Positions 18,226 through 28,012 of a DNA stretch of 64,000 bases are shown in pieces. Numbering within the stretch: the first letter of the stretch is position 1; every line of letters begins with the position of its first letter. The DNA is from Candidatus Aminicenantes bacterium. Its GTDB lineage: Bacteria > Acidobacteriota > Aminicenantia > Aminicenantales > Saccharicenantaceae. The translations under genes and the position numbers were made by a program. Under the pieces are notes generated by a model, which saw only the letters and a program-made list of their open reading frames with translations, was not told the origin of the DNA and did not search any database. The DNA lies in NCBI GenBank assembly GCA_963719985.1, contig CAVRDU010000005.1:770817-834816 (forward strand), read 5' to 3'.

Positions 18226-18313
18226 GCCTGATCCCCGTCCGTCCCGCGCGGCCGTCCCCTTCCTGTTGACAGCCTCTCCGGCCCAGGGCTATAGTCCGGA
18301 GGAAGGAGGGGCC

Positions 18314-19024
18314 ATGGACAAAACGGAGAACGTGATCTGCGGGGTCTGCGGGCTCTCTAAGAAAACCAGCGAGGTCGTATCCGGACAGGCCGTGCGGCCG
18401 GCCGTCGCGGAGCTCATTCGCAGGGACCATCCGGGCTGGACGACGGACGACATTATCTGCCGGGAGGACCTCAACCGCTACCGGGCCCGGTACGTCCAGT
18501 CCGCCCTCGAAGCCGAGAAGGGGGACCTGTCCGAGATCGAGGCCGAAGTCGTCCGGAGCCTGCGTGAGGGGGAGGTCCTGACGAGGGACGTCAATATGGA
18601 GTTCGAGGAGAAAAGGACGTTGGGCGAGAAGCTCGCCGACAGGCTGGCCTCCTTCGGCGGAAGCTGGAAGTTCATCATTATCTTCGGAGGCGTGCTCCTG
18701 GTCTGGATCGTCCTCAACTCGGTCATTCTGATGAGCCGCCGTTTCGATCCGTTCCCCTTTATCCTGCTCAATCTCATCCTCTCCTGCCTGGCCGCCCTTC
18801 AGGCCCCGGTCATCATGATGAGTCAGAACAGGCAGGAGGCCAAGGACCGCCTGCGCGCCCAACACGACTACCAGATCAACCTCAAGGCCGAGATCGAGAT
18901 CCGGAGCCTGCACGAGAAGATGGACCATCTCATCTTCAAACAGTGGCAGCGGCTTCTGGAGATCCAGGAGATCCAGACCGAGCTCATGGGGGAGCTCTCG
19001 GAGAAGATCCGGCCACGCGATTGA
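18314..19024 (+). CDS. DUF1003 domain membrane protein
   Basis: Conserved DUF1003 core (RFDPFPFILLNLILSCLAALQAPVIMMSQNRQ) and an N-terminal CxxC (ICGVCG). ATG at 18314 after AGGAGG is chosen over the track start at 18266. Confidence 0.7.
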   Translation: MDKTENVICGVCGLSKKTSEVVSGQAVRPAVAELIRRDHPGWTTDDIICREDLNRYRARYVQSALEAEKGDLSEIEAEVVRSLREGEVLTRDVNMEFEEKRTLGEKLADRLASFGGSWKFIIIFGGVLLVWIVLNSVILMSRRFDPFPFILLNLILSCLAALQAPVIMMSQNRQEAKDRLRAQHDYQINLKAEIEIRSLHEKMDHLIFKQWQRLLEIQEIQTELMGELSEKIRPRD

Positions 19025-19066
19025 CGCAGGCCGCGGGCGAAGAGGGAACGGAGCGAGAACAGCCCC

Positions 19067-19723
19067 CTAAAGCGACTTCGGGCCCGGCCGCCGCTCGATC
19101 CTGATGTTCAAGCGGGCCTGAAGGTATTCGACCGCCGAGGCGATCGAGCGTTCCAGGATCTCGCGCTCCCGGACCAGCGAGGACTCCGGCCCCAAGAAGA
19201 CGCCGGGGAGGCTCTCGGGAGCGGCGGCGATGGACCTGAGCGATGCGAGGGCGGCGGCGCGGTCCTCGGAGGAAGGCAGGGGATCCCTGAGGACGACCTG
19301 CCAAAAGACGAGTCCGGCGGCCAGGAGGACGATAGCGGCCGCGGCGGCCGGCAGAGGGCGCAGGGCGAGCCGGCGGCCGAAGGGGATCCGTCGCCCCCCG
19401 CCGGCTTCGCTCGCGGACCACGCCGCCTCGTTCAACGGGAAGTCCGGGACGGCTTCGAGGAACGCGACCTTTTCGGCGGCGAGCCTAGCATTCAGGGAAG
19501 CGGCGAACCGGGCGTAGTCGCGGCACGACGCGCAGCGCGCGGCGTGGCGCTCGGCCCAGCGCGGCACTTTCTCTCTTCGATCCTCGGACTTCGAGATCGC
19601 CCGTCGCGCGATTCGGCACAACATGGTCGTTCTCCCTTTCTTCAACCCGACGGCGTTCCCCGGGCGGCCGCGGCCTCCGGGATCGCCAACGTCCCCGACC
19701 TTCGAGTGGCCGGCCTTTTTCAT
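19067..19723 (-). CDS. Zinc-finger (ZAS-type, HxxxCxxC) transmembrane anti-sigma factor
   Basis: ATG overlaps the sigma-factor stop (TGATG). HAARCASC motif and a single TM helix (LRPLPAAAAAIVLLAAGLVFW). The track ORF start (TTG at 19726) is rejected in favour of the coupled ATG. Confidence 0.65.
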   Translation of the reverse strand: MKKAGHSKVGDVGDPGGRGRPGNAVGLKKGRTTMLCRIARRAISKSEDRREKVPRWAERHAARCASCRDYARFAASLNARLAAEKVAFLEAVPDFPLNEAAWSASEAGGGRRIPFGRRLALRPLPAAAAAIVLLAAGLVFWQVVLRDPLPSSEDRAAALASLRSIAAAPESLPGVFLGPESSLVREREILERSIASAVEYLQARLNIRIERRPGPKSL

Positions 19724-20226
19724 CAAGTTCGTCCGGGCCCGGTGGAGGAGGAGCCGACCGCGATGCGGCTCTTCCCGATGGCCCGGGCGATGTCCTCGAT
19801 GTCCATATCTTCGCCGTAGCGCAGCCAGAGGGCCCGGAACTGGTTCCCACCGAGCGTCCGGGCCGAGTCCCAGAGCCCCGCCGCTTTCGTCGTTCCGGGC
19901 GTCCAGGCCTTCGGGTCGGCCACGGGACAGGCATCCTCCAATCGGACCGTTCTCGGCGCGCTCTTCTTCTTCCGATAGGAGCTGATAGCCAGGCGGGTGG
20001 CCGACGTGTAGAGCCAGGTCGAGAACCGGAACGCCGGGTCGTAGCTCCCGATGTTCCGGTAGAGCTTGAGGAACGTCTCCTGGACCATGTCCTCGGCGTC
20101 CTGGTCGCTCCCGAGGCGGGGGCGGAGATAGACGAAGAGCCGGCGCCGGTAACGGGCCGCCAGCTCCTCGAAGGACCGGCGCGAGCCGGCCCGCGCCTCG
20201 CGGGCCAGCTCCTCGTCGGTCTTCAT
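19723..20226 (-). CDS. ECF (sigma-70 family group 4) RNA polymerase sigma factor
   Basis: 167 aa with region 2 (FEELAARYRRRLFVYLRPRLGSDQDAEDMVQETFLKLYRN) and region 4 (EDIARAIGKSRIAV). Confidence 0.8.
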   Translation of the reverse strand: MKTDEELAREARAGSRRSFEELAARYRRRLFVYLRPRLGSDQDAEDMVQETFLKLYRNIGSYDPAFRFSTWLYTSATRLAISSYRKKKSAPRTVRLEDACPVADPKAWTPGTTKAAGLWDSARTLGGNQFRALWLRYGEDMDIEDIARAIGKSRIAVGSSSTGPGRT

Positions 20227-20241
20227 CCTTCCTCCGGGGCG

Positions 20242-21162
20242 TCAGTGCAGGAGGGCGCCGAACGCCCGGCCGCGCGACAGGAGACCCGCGATCTCGCGCG
20301 AAGGTCCCTCGAACTCGATCCGGACGGTCTTGCCTTCCTGCTTGACCTGGATCCTCTCGGCCATTGAAGCGAGCCCGGCCATGTCGCCGCGGCCCTCGCT
20401 GAGCCGGCCCAGGGCGATGACCCCCTGGACGAGGTCAGCGATGTTCTTCGAGTTCTCCGCCGTGTCGGCGGTCATCTGGACCCGCATCTGGAGGACGGAC
20501 TGCTTCTCCTGGGCCATGAAGAAGAGGCCCGAGGCCTTATCGACGAGCTTGGACTGGTTGATCTCCTTGCCCAGGCCGGAGAGGTCGTCGATGACGCCGC
20601 TCAGGAAGGCGCCCGCGGGGACCTCCTTGAGCGCCGCAGCGAGCTTGGACGAGGCGAAGGCCTTGGCCTTGCCGCCGGCCGCGTCGAGCGCCTTCTCGAG
20701 GGCCTCGCGGCTGCTGGAGAAGACGATCAGGCTGTCGTTGACGAAAGCGCCGAAGTCGTCGTCATCCATCGAGTGGATGGTGAAGGCGCCGTGGGCGTAT
20801 TCCTTGTGGTCCTCGTCCAGATCGAGCAGGGTCATCAGGCGCGCCTTGTCGAACTTGCCCGCCAGGGCGAAAACGGCCTGATCCTCGTCGGGCCCCAGGC
20901 CGAACACCGTGACGCCGCGGATGTCCCGGGGAACGTCGATCTTCAACCAGCGCTCGAGGTCGCGACTCTTGACCTCGAACCGGCCGTCCTTCTCGAGGTA
21001 GGCGAAGAGCTCGGTGGCGACGAACTTCTCCATGTCCAGGTGGGCGATCCAGCGGACGCCCTCCGGGACGATCGAAACGGGGATGGTCCCCGACCAGACG
21101 GGCAGGGCCATGAACAGGGCGATCGCGGCCAGAACGGCGACGAGCACGGCTTTCTTGATCAT
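20242..21162 (-). CDS. Exported hypothetical protein upstream of the ECF sigma
   Basis: 306 aa with signal peptide MIKKAVLVAVLAAIALFMALPVWS and coding-like composition. No family recognised. Confidence 0.55.
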   Translation of the reverse strand: MIKKAVLVAVLAAIALFMALPVWSGTIPVSIVPEGVRWIAHLDMEKFVATELFAYLEKDGRFEVKSRDLERWLKIDVPRDIRGVTVFGLGPDEDQAVFALAGKFDKARLMTLLDLDEDHKEYAHGAFTIHSMDDDDFGAFVNDSLIVFSSSREALEKALDAAGGKAKAFASSKLAAALKEVPAGAFLSGVIDDLSGLGKEINQSKLVDKASGLFFMAQEKQSVLQMRVQMTADTAENSKNIADLVQGVIALGRLSEGRGDMAGLASMAERIQVKQEGKTVRIEFEGPSREIAGLLSRGRAFGALLH

Positions 21163-21327
21163 TTCGGACTCCTTCGCGGTCGTTTCCTACGCCCTGTACT
21201 ACGCCGCGGCCTCGCGGATGTTTCACTCCTTTATTAGAGGAAAGCCCGAGCGAGGATCATGGGGCCCTCCTTCTCGATAGCGGGGCCATGCTAATCCCGG
21301 CCCGGGACGGGTGTCAATGCTTCAGGA

Positions 21328-22723
21328 TCATTCGAACCGGAGCGAATCGACGGGATTCTCCCGGGCGGCCTGCACGGCCTTGGAGGCGACCGACAGGAAC
21401 GCGACCGTCAGGGAGAAAGCGGCGGCCAGCAATGCCGGTTCGATCCCGGGATCGACGCGGTAGGCGAAGCCCCGAAGCCAGCGCCCGGCGGCGATATAGG
21501 CCGCGGGAAGGGCGACGATGTTGGCGGCCAGGACCCAGCCGAGGAAGTTTCGGCTCTGCATCAGGACCAGCCCGGCGGGCGAGGCTCCCAGGACCTTGCG
21601 AATGCCGATCTCCTTGGTCATCTTCTCGGCGATGTACGAGGCCAGGCCAACGAGCCCCAGGCAGGCGGCGAAGAGGGCCAGGGCCGCGAACGCGCCCAGG
21701 ATCGAGGAACTGCCTGACGACGTCGGACCGGCGGGCCCCCGTGACCTTGCGCAGGCCGACCTCCTTCGCCCTGTTGGCCGAGCGGGCCGTGGCCAGGTTC
21801 ATGAAATTGATGCAGGCCAGGAGCAGAATGGCCGTGGCGGCGATCGAGAACAGGGTCAGCGTCGAGGCGCTGCCCTGGGCGTAGTTGTCCAGGTCGAAGG
21901 CGAAATCGGACTTCAAGTGGACGTCTTTCAGGGGTTGGGGGCGGAGGGAGACGTTCGATCGGCCCATCCTGTTCGCGACGAGGCCGGACATCTTCGTCGC
22001 GGCCTCGGCCGGAGAGGCCTGGGGGGCCAGACGGACATAGCAATTGAAGAACATGCTGTTCCAGTTGTCGAAGTCGACGTGGTGGTACTCGCGCATATTG
22101 ACGATGGGGATGACGCAGGAGAAATGGAGATGGGAATTCTCCGGCACGTCCCGGATGACGCCGGTCACGGTGTAGGGGTCCCGGATGATCGTCAGGAGCT
22201 TGCCCATGGGGTCCCCGTCGCCGAAGAACATGCGGGCGACGCTTTCCGTGATGACGACCGAGCGCGGCCCGTCGAGCGCCGTCTTCGGGTCTCCCTTGAG
22301 GAACGGGAACGTGAACATCGTGAAGAAGGACGGATCGGCGATGCCGGTGATGGCGTCAAAAAGGACCTTATCTGCGACCCGGATCCCGTAGTTCTTGTTG
22401 GTCCTGTAGCGGCAGAAATCGAGGACCTCGGGGACTTCCGCCTTGACCGCCGGACCGGTGGGGGTCGGGGCCCGGGCGTCGAGCGTGGCCGCGGTCTGGT
22501 TCTTCGTTTCCATGACCAGGCGGTAGATCGAGCCGCCGTTCTCGTGAAAGCGATCGAAATCCGTCTCGTGCCGGACCCAGAGCATCATCAAGACCGAACA
22601 GGCCAGGCCGACGGCCAGACCGGCGATGTTGATGAAGGCGTAGCCCTTCTGGCGCCGGACCTTGCGCAGGGCGACTTGGACGTAGCTCCAGAACAGGGCA
22701 GAGGCGGATACTCGGGAACCCAT
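21328..22723 (-). pseudogene. Disrupted FtsX/MacB-type ABC transporter permease: internal deletion plus 1-nt frameshift
   Basis: ATG at 22723 (AGGAG-7nt-ATG) gives TM1, a MacB-like periplasmic domain, TM2 and the FtsX motif (KEVGLRKVTGARRSDVVRQFL). About 21703 the frame shifts by one G. The sequence then continues directly as TM plus motif of a second FtsX domain (ILGAFAALALFAACLGLVGLASYIAEKMTKEIGIRKVLGAS...ARENPVDSLRFE; track ORF 21328..21621). About 300 aa expected between the two are missing. Confidence 0.6.
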
Positions 22724-22733
22724 TTCGCGTCTC

Positions 22734-24389
22734 CTAGAGGATGTAGGGCGAGCAAAGAACTGTGCAGGAATCATGCCAGGGCCGGGCCGCCGGAGCGGCC
22801 CGAGGCCCTTCGCGCGCCCGCGGCGTCCGTCCGGAACCATTACACGCGGCGTCCAAAAGCGGACAGATCTCGGCGCGTCTGCTTTCCGTCAGCGCTGGCG
22901 GTCTAGCGGGCTCAAAGCGCCCGGGCTTGCGGACCGCCGCCTGCCAGCCGGCGTAGAGCCGGTCGGCCCGGCCGCGGGTCATGGCCGGTCGGAACCGCCG
23001 TTCGTCGACCCGGAGCCTCTCGATGGCCGCGGTCGAATCCCAGACGCCCACGCCCAGGCCGGCGAGGTAGGCCGCGCCGAGCGAGGTCGTCTCGACCGTC
23101 TTCGGCCGGAGGACGGGCACGCCGAGGATGTCGGCCTGGAAGCGGCAGAGGAAGTCGTTGACCGAGGCGCCACCGTCGACGCGGAGCTCGCGGACCCGCA
23201 GCCCGGAGTCCTTGCGCATCGTCTCGAGGACGTCCCGGGTCGTGTAGGCCATGGCCTCGAGCGCGGCCCGGACAAGGTGGTTCCGCGTGGCCCCGCGGGT
23301 CAGGCCGACGATGGTCCCGCGCGCTTCGGCGTCCCAGTAGGGGGCGCCGAGCCCGACGAAGGCCGGGACGAAGTAGACGCCGGCGGTGTCCGCGACCGCA
23401 CCGGCCGCGGCCGCGGATTCGGCCGCCGTGCGGATGAGCCCGAGCTCGTCGCGGAGCCACTGGATGGCCGCCCCGGCGACGAACACGGACCCCTCGAGGG
23501 CGTAGACGGCCCGGCCGCCGGGCCCGCAGGCGACCGTCGTGACCAGGCCGTGCTTCGACTCGACCAGCCTGCGGCCTGTGTTGAGCACGATGAAGGCGCC
23601 CGTGCCGTAGGTGTTCTTGATGGCCCCGGGCCGGAAGCCGGCCTGGCCGAAGAGCGCGGCCTGCTGGTCCCCGGCCATTCCCATCACGGGCAGGCCCGCC
23701 GGGAGCCGGCCGAGGCGGACCGTCCGCCCGAACTCGCCCGAGGACGGCCGGACCTCGGGAAGGACGCTCCGCGGCACGCCGAAGAGGCCGAGGAGGTCGT
23801 CGTCCCAGTCGAAGCGGCGGATATCGTAGAGCATGGTCCGGCTGGCGTTCGTCGGGTCAGTGGCGTGGCTCCGGCCGCCCGTGAGCTTCCACAGGACCCA
23901 GGAATCCGTCGTGCCGAAGGCCAGCCCGCCTCGCTCGGCCCGCCGCCGGAGCCCGCTCCGGTCGAGGATCCATTCCAGCTTGGTCGCCGAGAAATAAGCG
24001 TCGATCGGTAGCCCGGTCTTTTTCCGGACGAGCCGGCCGAGGCCCGGCTCGGCGGAGAGCTCTCGGCAGCGCCGGGCCGTGCGACGGCATTGCCAGACGA
24101 TGGCCCGGCCGACGGGACGGCCCGTCCGGCGGTCCCATACGACCGTCGTCTCGCGCTGATTGGTGATGCCGATCGCGGCTATCGACCGGACCGGGACCTC
24201 GGCCAGGGCCTTCTGGACCGTCCGATAGACGCTCCGCCAGATATCTTCGGGCTCGTGTTCGACCCAGCCGGGGCGGGGGAAGTGCTGGGGGAACTCCTCG
24301 TAAGCCGAGGCGACGGTCCGGCCGCGGAGGTCGAAGACGATGGCCCGGCTCCCGGTCGTGCCCTGATCGATGGCCAGGACGAGGCTCAC
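22734..24389 (-). CDS. glpK: Glycerol kinase
   Basis: 551 aa (MSLVLAIDQGTTGSRAIVFD..., GxGTGAF, DGGASVNDFLCRFQADILGVPV). GTG start with SD. About 60 aa of atypical R/P-rich C-terminal tail containing AGA codons suggests a 1-nt indel near the CCCGGG run at about 22920. Confidence 0.85.
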   Translation of the reverse strand: MSLVLAIDQGTTGSRAIVFDLRGRTVASAYEEFPQHFPRPGWVEHEPEDIWRSVYRTVQKALAEVPVRSIAAIGITNQRETTVVWDRRTGRPVGRAIVWQCRRTARRCRELSAEPGLGRLVRKKTGLPIDAYFSATKLEWILDRSGLRRRAERGGLAFGTTDSWVLWKLTGGRSHATDPTNASRTMLYDIRRFDWDDDLLGLFGVPRSVLPEVRPSSGEFGRTVRLGRLPAGLPVMGMAGDQQAALFGQAGFRPGAIKNTYGTGAFIVLNTGRRLVESKHGLVTTVACGPGGRAVYALEGSVFVAGAAIQWLRDELGLIRTAAESAAAAGAVADTAGVYFVPAFVGLGAPYWDAEARGTIVGLTRGATRNHLVRAALEAMAYTTRDVLETMRKDSGLRVRELRVDGGASVNDFLCRFQADILGVPVLRPKTVETTSLGAAYLAGLGVGVWDSTAAIERLRVDERRFRPAMTRGRADRLYAGWQAAVRKPGRFEPARPPALTESRRAEICPLLDAACNGSGRTPRAREGPRAAPAARPWHDSCTVLCSPYIL

Positions 24390-24535
24390 GTCAGGCCCTC
24401 CTCTCGGCCCCGGCGCGGTGGAAGACGTCGTTCCCCAGGCGCCCGGACATGGCCGGATTATAGCAGAAATCGGCCTTCACGGACCTCTTGAACGGCCGGC
24501 CGGTTCTCTGTATGATGGGTGCGAATCCGATCCAA

Positions 24536-24739
24536 GGAGGTCTGGTGCCTAGAGGTAGTAGAGGATTTAAAAGCGAAAAGCGGTCGAAAGAACTGAAACG
24601 TCTCAAGAAACAGGAAGAGAAGCGGCTGAGGCGGCTGGGCAAGCTCACGACGCCCGACGGGGAGCCCGAAGCGCTCTCGCCCGAGGAAGCGCCGGCCGCG
24701 CCGCCCCAAGAGGACGGAACCCCCGGGGAGACGTCCTGA
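24536..24739 (+). CDS. Small basic/acidic protein (67 aa), unknown function
   Basis: GGAGG-4nt-GTG; MPRGSRGFKSEKRSKELKRLKKQEEKRLRRLGKL followed by an acidic Pro-rich tail. Codon usage is atypically AT-rich for this genome (AGA, AGT, TTT, AAA), so it may be non-coding or a highly expressed small protein. Confidence 0.35.
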   Translation, partial: GGLVPRGSRGFKSEKRSKELKRLKKQEEKRLRRLGKLTTPDGEPEALSPEEAPAAPPQEDGTPGETS

Positions 24740-24830
24740 GGTCGGTCCCTCAAAGCAAGATCCGATCGATCCGGCCCGATCCCCCTCCGAGGGGCGCCCT
24801 CTCGGGCCAGTCCCATCCTCCCGGAATCCC

Positions 24831-26114
24831 ATGAGTTCCGCCCTGTGGAGCGCCGGGTCCCGTTCCGCCGCGCTCGCGGCGGCGCTCGTCGCGGTCCTCG
24901 CGCTTTCCGCCGCCCCGTCACCCGAGAGGACGCTCTTCAAGGACCTCCCGCCCACGGAGACCGTCCGGGAGGTCGTCGAGGCCGTCCTCGACCTGCCGCT
25001 CGACCGGGTCCGCCGGGGTTTCACGGCCAGAGAGTGGACCGGCGAGGGTTTCGGCGACGCCTGGGAGAGGGCCCGGCGATATTTTCCCGACCGGGCCTAT
25101 CTCGTCCGGCCGGGGACCTATTTCATGACCCACGGCTTCGGTCCGGACGGCCGGCTTTTCATGGAGATCCACGATTCGGACTATCTCGCGCTCTCCATCG
25201 AGGCCTTTCGGACGTTCTCGCCGGGGGCCGTCGTCGAGGCCTACGGGCGCGAGCGCGCGGCCGCCGGCCCGGGAGCGGCCGCCTTCGGGGAGAAGATGGG
25301 CCGGCTGGAGCCCTTCTTCAGGGACGAAGGGTCTCATCGCCGCCTTCGGGACGCGCTCGGCGACGCTCTGCACCGCCGGCTCCTCGCGGAGCTGCGGGAG
25401 GAGAACTTCCACATGCTCGCCGGCGGGCTCGTCCACGAGGGGCTGCACGCCGACGTCGGGGACGATTCGGTCACCCGCCTTCAGGCCGAGTTCAGGTCCG
25501 GCGGCCTGCCGGTTCAATGGGACGAGCTTCGATCGTTCATGGCCGAGGCGGCCTTTCACGCCCGGTTCTGCCGCTGGGCCAAGGAAGAGATCGTCGCGAC
25601 CGGGCGGCGTATCGAGGCCGCACTCCGGGAGCTCGAGCCGCTCCGCCGCACGGTCAAGCTCCGCCCGGGGCGGGACCGGGCCAGGTTCGAGAGGGGCCGG
25701 GCCGGGTCCTGGGCCTTCGCCGCGCTCGTCCGCTTGAGGATGCGCGAGAGCTGGCAGTCGGCCCGTCGCGCCGAGTCCCTCGTCGACCGTTTCCGGGAGG
25801 ATTACGTCCGGGACGACCCGCCCCCGGACGCCGCCGGGCTCCTCGCCTCCCTCGACCGCGACACGGCCGCCTTCACGGAAGCGCACGGCCGGGCCGTCCA
25901 GGCGGCGGAGCTCGCGCTCCGTTCCCTCGAAAAGGCGCTGGACCTTTGGACCGAATGGGCGGAAGGCCGCCGGCCCTTCCCGCCTCCCGTCACCGATTCG
26001 ATCAGGGTCGTCGAGCGGCTCGCGCGAACGGCCTGGCCCGATCCCCCCGCGGAGGACCTCCTGGCCCTCATGAAGCTGGCGAAATCGGCTCTCGGGGCGG
26101 CTTCCCGCTCCTGA
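24831..26114 (+). CDS. Hypothetical secreted protein
   Basis: 427 aa with signal peptide MSSALWSAGSRSAALAAALVAVLALSAA. It is the only frame here without R/P/G-rich junk. No domain recognised. Its 3' end overlaps the convergent GMC gene by 47 nt. Confidence 0.45.
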   Translation: MSSALWSAGSRSAALAAALVAVLALSAAPSPERTLFKDLPPTETVREVVEAVLDLPLDRVRRGFTAREWTGEGFGDAWERARRYFPDRAYLVRPGTYFMTHGFGPDGRLFMEIHDSDYLALSIEAFRTFSPGAVVEAYGRERAAAGPGAAAFGEKMGRLEPFFRDEGSHRRLRDALGDALHRRLLAELREENFHMLAGGLVHEGLHADVGDDSVTRLQAEFRSGGLPVQWDELRSFMAEAAFHARFCRWAKEEIVATGRRIEAALRELEPLRRTVKLRPGRDRARFERGRAGSWAFAALVRLRMRESWQSARRAESLVDRFREDYVRDDPPPDAAGLLASLDRDTAAFTEAHGRAVQAAELALRSLEKALDLWTEWAEGRRPFPPPVTDSIRVVERLARTAWPDPPAEDLLALMKLAKSALGAASRS

Positions 26115-27762
26115 CGAGCAGGCCGTCGAGACCCCACCTCTTCTCGGCCGCGAGGTGGCGGACCGGCTTCTTCGGGGGGATGAACGACATGGCCCGCTCG
26201 GCGAAGGCGGTGATGGAGAGCGCCGGATTGACCCCGAGGTTCTCCGGGATCTGCGAGCCGTCGCAGACGACCATGTGGGCGTAGCCTTTGACCCGGTTCT
26301 CCCCGTCGATGACGCCCTCTTCGGGCGTCGGGCCGAAGGAACAGCCGCCGAGGATGTGGGCCGTGATGGGGATGTTGGCGGTGACCTCCGTGACGACGTT
26401 CGCGGCGATCCCTCCTGTGCGGCGGGCCAGCCGGCGCCCGAAATCGTTCCCTGCCGGAAGCCACTTCGGGTGCCGCTGCTCGTGCCGGTGTTCGGAAGCG
26501 AGGACCTTCGCGAACGGGAAGAACCAGGGCCGGCGGCAGGCCAGGTGGAAATAGTTGTCGAGCGTCTGCATGACCAGCAGGATGATCGTCTCCTTGGCCC
26601 AGCCGGCGGGATTTCTCATCCGGAGGTGGCGGAGGGGATGCCGCAGCTCGTTCCCGATCCAGCGCAGGAACCTCGGCATCCTCTTCTCGCCGTCGGTCAG
26701 GGCGGCGACGAGGACGCACATGGCGTCGTGGCCCTGGCCGAAGCGGACGGGCTCGATGTGGGTCTCCGGCTCGGGGTGGACGCTCGAGCTGATGGCCACG
26801 CCCCGGCTGTAGTCGGCGTCGGGGGCGAAGGAACGGACGCCGAGCAGCGTCTCGCTGTTGGTCCGGGCGTAGCGGCCCAGGTGCGCGGACAGGTTGGGCA
26901 GGCGGCCCGTCTTCTTCATGTCGAGCAGAAGAGCGTTGGTGCCCAGGGTCCCCGCCGCCAGGACGAGGCCCTTCGTCTTGAAGGTCAGGCCGCGGCGGCC
27001 GCGGAAAAGCCCGGTTGTCTTCCTCGTCCGGACGACGTAGCCCTCGCTCCCGTCCGGAGACAGGGGCTCGACGTCGACGACCCTGTTCTCGGAGAAGATC
27101 CGGGCGCCGAACTTCTCGGCGAAATAGAGGTAGTTCTTGTCCAGGGTGTTCTTGGCGTCCTTGCGGCAGCCGGTCATGCATTCGCCGCAGAGCTCGCAGC
27201 CGACGCGGTCCGGCCCCTCGCCGTCGAAATAGGGGTCCGCCGCGGGCTCGCCCTCCCGGCCGAAATAGACCCCGACCCGGGTCGGCCGGTAGGTCCCCTC
27301 GCGCCCGATCTCGGCCGCGGTCTCCCTCATCAGGATGTCCTGGACGGTCTCGACCGGGTTCTCGACGGCGCCGAGCATGCGGCCGGCCAGCTCATAATAA
27401 GGAAGGAGCTCCGTCTTGCCGCCGAGCCGGCGGACGCTCGGCCGGTCGAAGAACACGTCGGGCGGGACGTAGAGCGTGTTGCCGTAGTTGAGGCTGCCGC
27501 CGCCGACGCCCGAGCCGGCCAGGATGAAGATCCCGTTGAGGAGCCGCATCCGCCAGAGCCCGTAGAGCCCCAGGGAAGGCAGCCAGAGGAACTTGCGCAG
27601 GTTCCAGTTCCGCCTGGGGAAGCCGTCGGCGTGCCAGCGCAGGCCGGCCTCGACGACGCCGACCGCGTAGCCCTTCTGGGCCAGGCGCATGGCCGCGACG
27701 CTGCCGCCGAAGCCCGAACCGACGACCAGCCGGTCGAATTCGAAGTCGTAGGGCTTGGCCAT
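26068..27762 (-). CDS. GMC-family FAD-dependent oxidoreductase (cholesterol-oxidase/choline-dehydrogenase-like)
   Basis: 564 aa. N-terminal Rossmann motif DRLVVGSGFGGSVAAMRLAQKG and a C-terminal GMC-type block (HILGGCSFG...VVCDGSQIPENLGVNPALSI). Confidence 0.8.
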   Translation of the reverse strand: MAKPYDFEFDRLVVGSGFGGSVAAMRLAQKGYAVGVVEAGLRWHADGFPRRNWNLRKFLWLPSLGLYGLWRMRLLNGIFILAGSGVGGGSLNYGNTLYVPPDVFFDRPSVRRLGGKTELLPYYELAGRMLGAVENPVETVQDILMRETAAEIGREGTYRPTRVGVYFGREGEPAADPYFDGEGPDRVGCELCGECMTGCRKDAKNTLDKNYLYFAEKFGARIFSENRVVDVEPLSPDGSEGYVVRTRKTTGLFRGRRGLTFKTKGLVLAAGTLGTNALLLDMKKTGRLPNLSAHLGRYARTNSETLLGVRSFAPDADYSRGVAISSSVHPEPETHIEPVRFGQGHDAMCVLVAALTDGEKRMPRFLRWIGNELRHPLRHLRMRNPAGWAKETIILLVMQTLDNYFHLACRRPWFFPFAKVLASEHRHEQRHPKWLPAGNDFGRRLARRTGGIAANVVTEVTANIPITAHILGGCSFGPTPEEGVIDGENRVKGYAHMVVCDGSQIPENLGVNPALSITAFAERAMSFIPPKKPVRHLAAEKRWGLDGLLVRSGKPPREPISPAS

Positions 27763-28012
27763 TGTCCCCTGGGACGTCAGAATCTATCGGAGTTGCGCCT
27801 CGAGGTCAAGGGGAAATCCCCTACGCCCCTGGCGGGAGAAGTCCTCCCTTCGGCTGGGCTCAGGTATCGCCCCTTGCCCCCGCACCCCGGAAACCTGCGA
27901 ATCCGGTTTCCCCCGCCTTCGGTGGGCCCCCCTTCCATCACGGGGGCCTTGGGGCGATATCCTTCGCCGCCGAACGGCGGACTTATCCAGGCACGGGGAG
28001 CGCAAAAAAGGC

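Noticed and set aside
22734-22920. 60-aa C-terminal extension of GlpK taken as a novel domain
   Set aside because: It has an R/P-rich composition with rare AGA codons. A single-base change in the CCCGGG run gives a normal GlpK ending (…AVRKPGALSPLDRQR*), so it is more likely an indel artefact.
24845-26284. 479-aa arginine-rich plus-strand ORF and 322-aa minus ORF at 24918..25886
   Set aside because: The alternative frame 24831..26114 gives a signal peptide and balanced composition. These two are poly-R/P/G junk frames.
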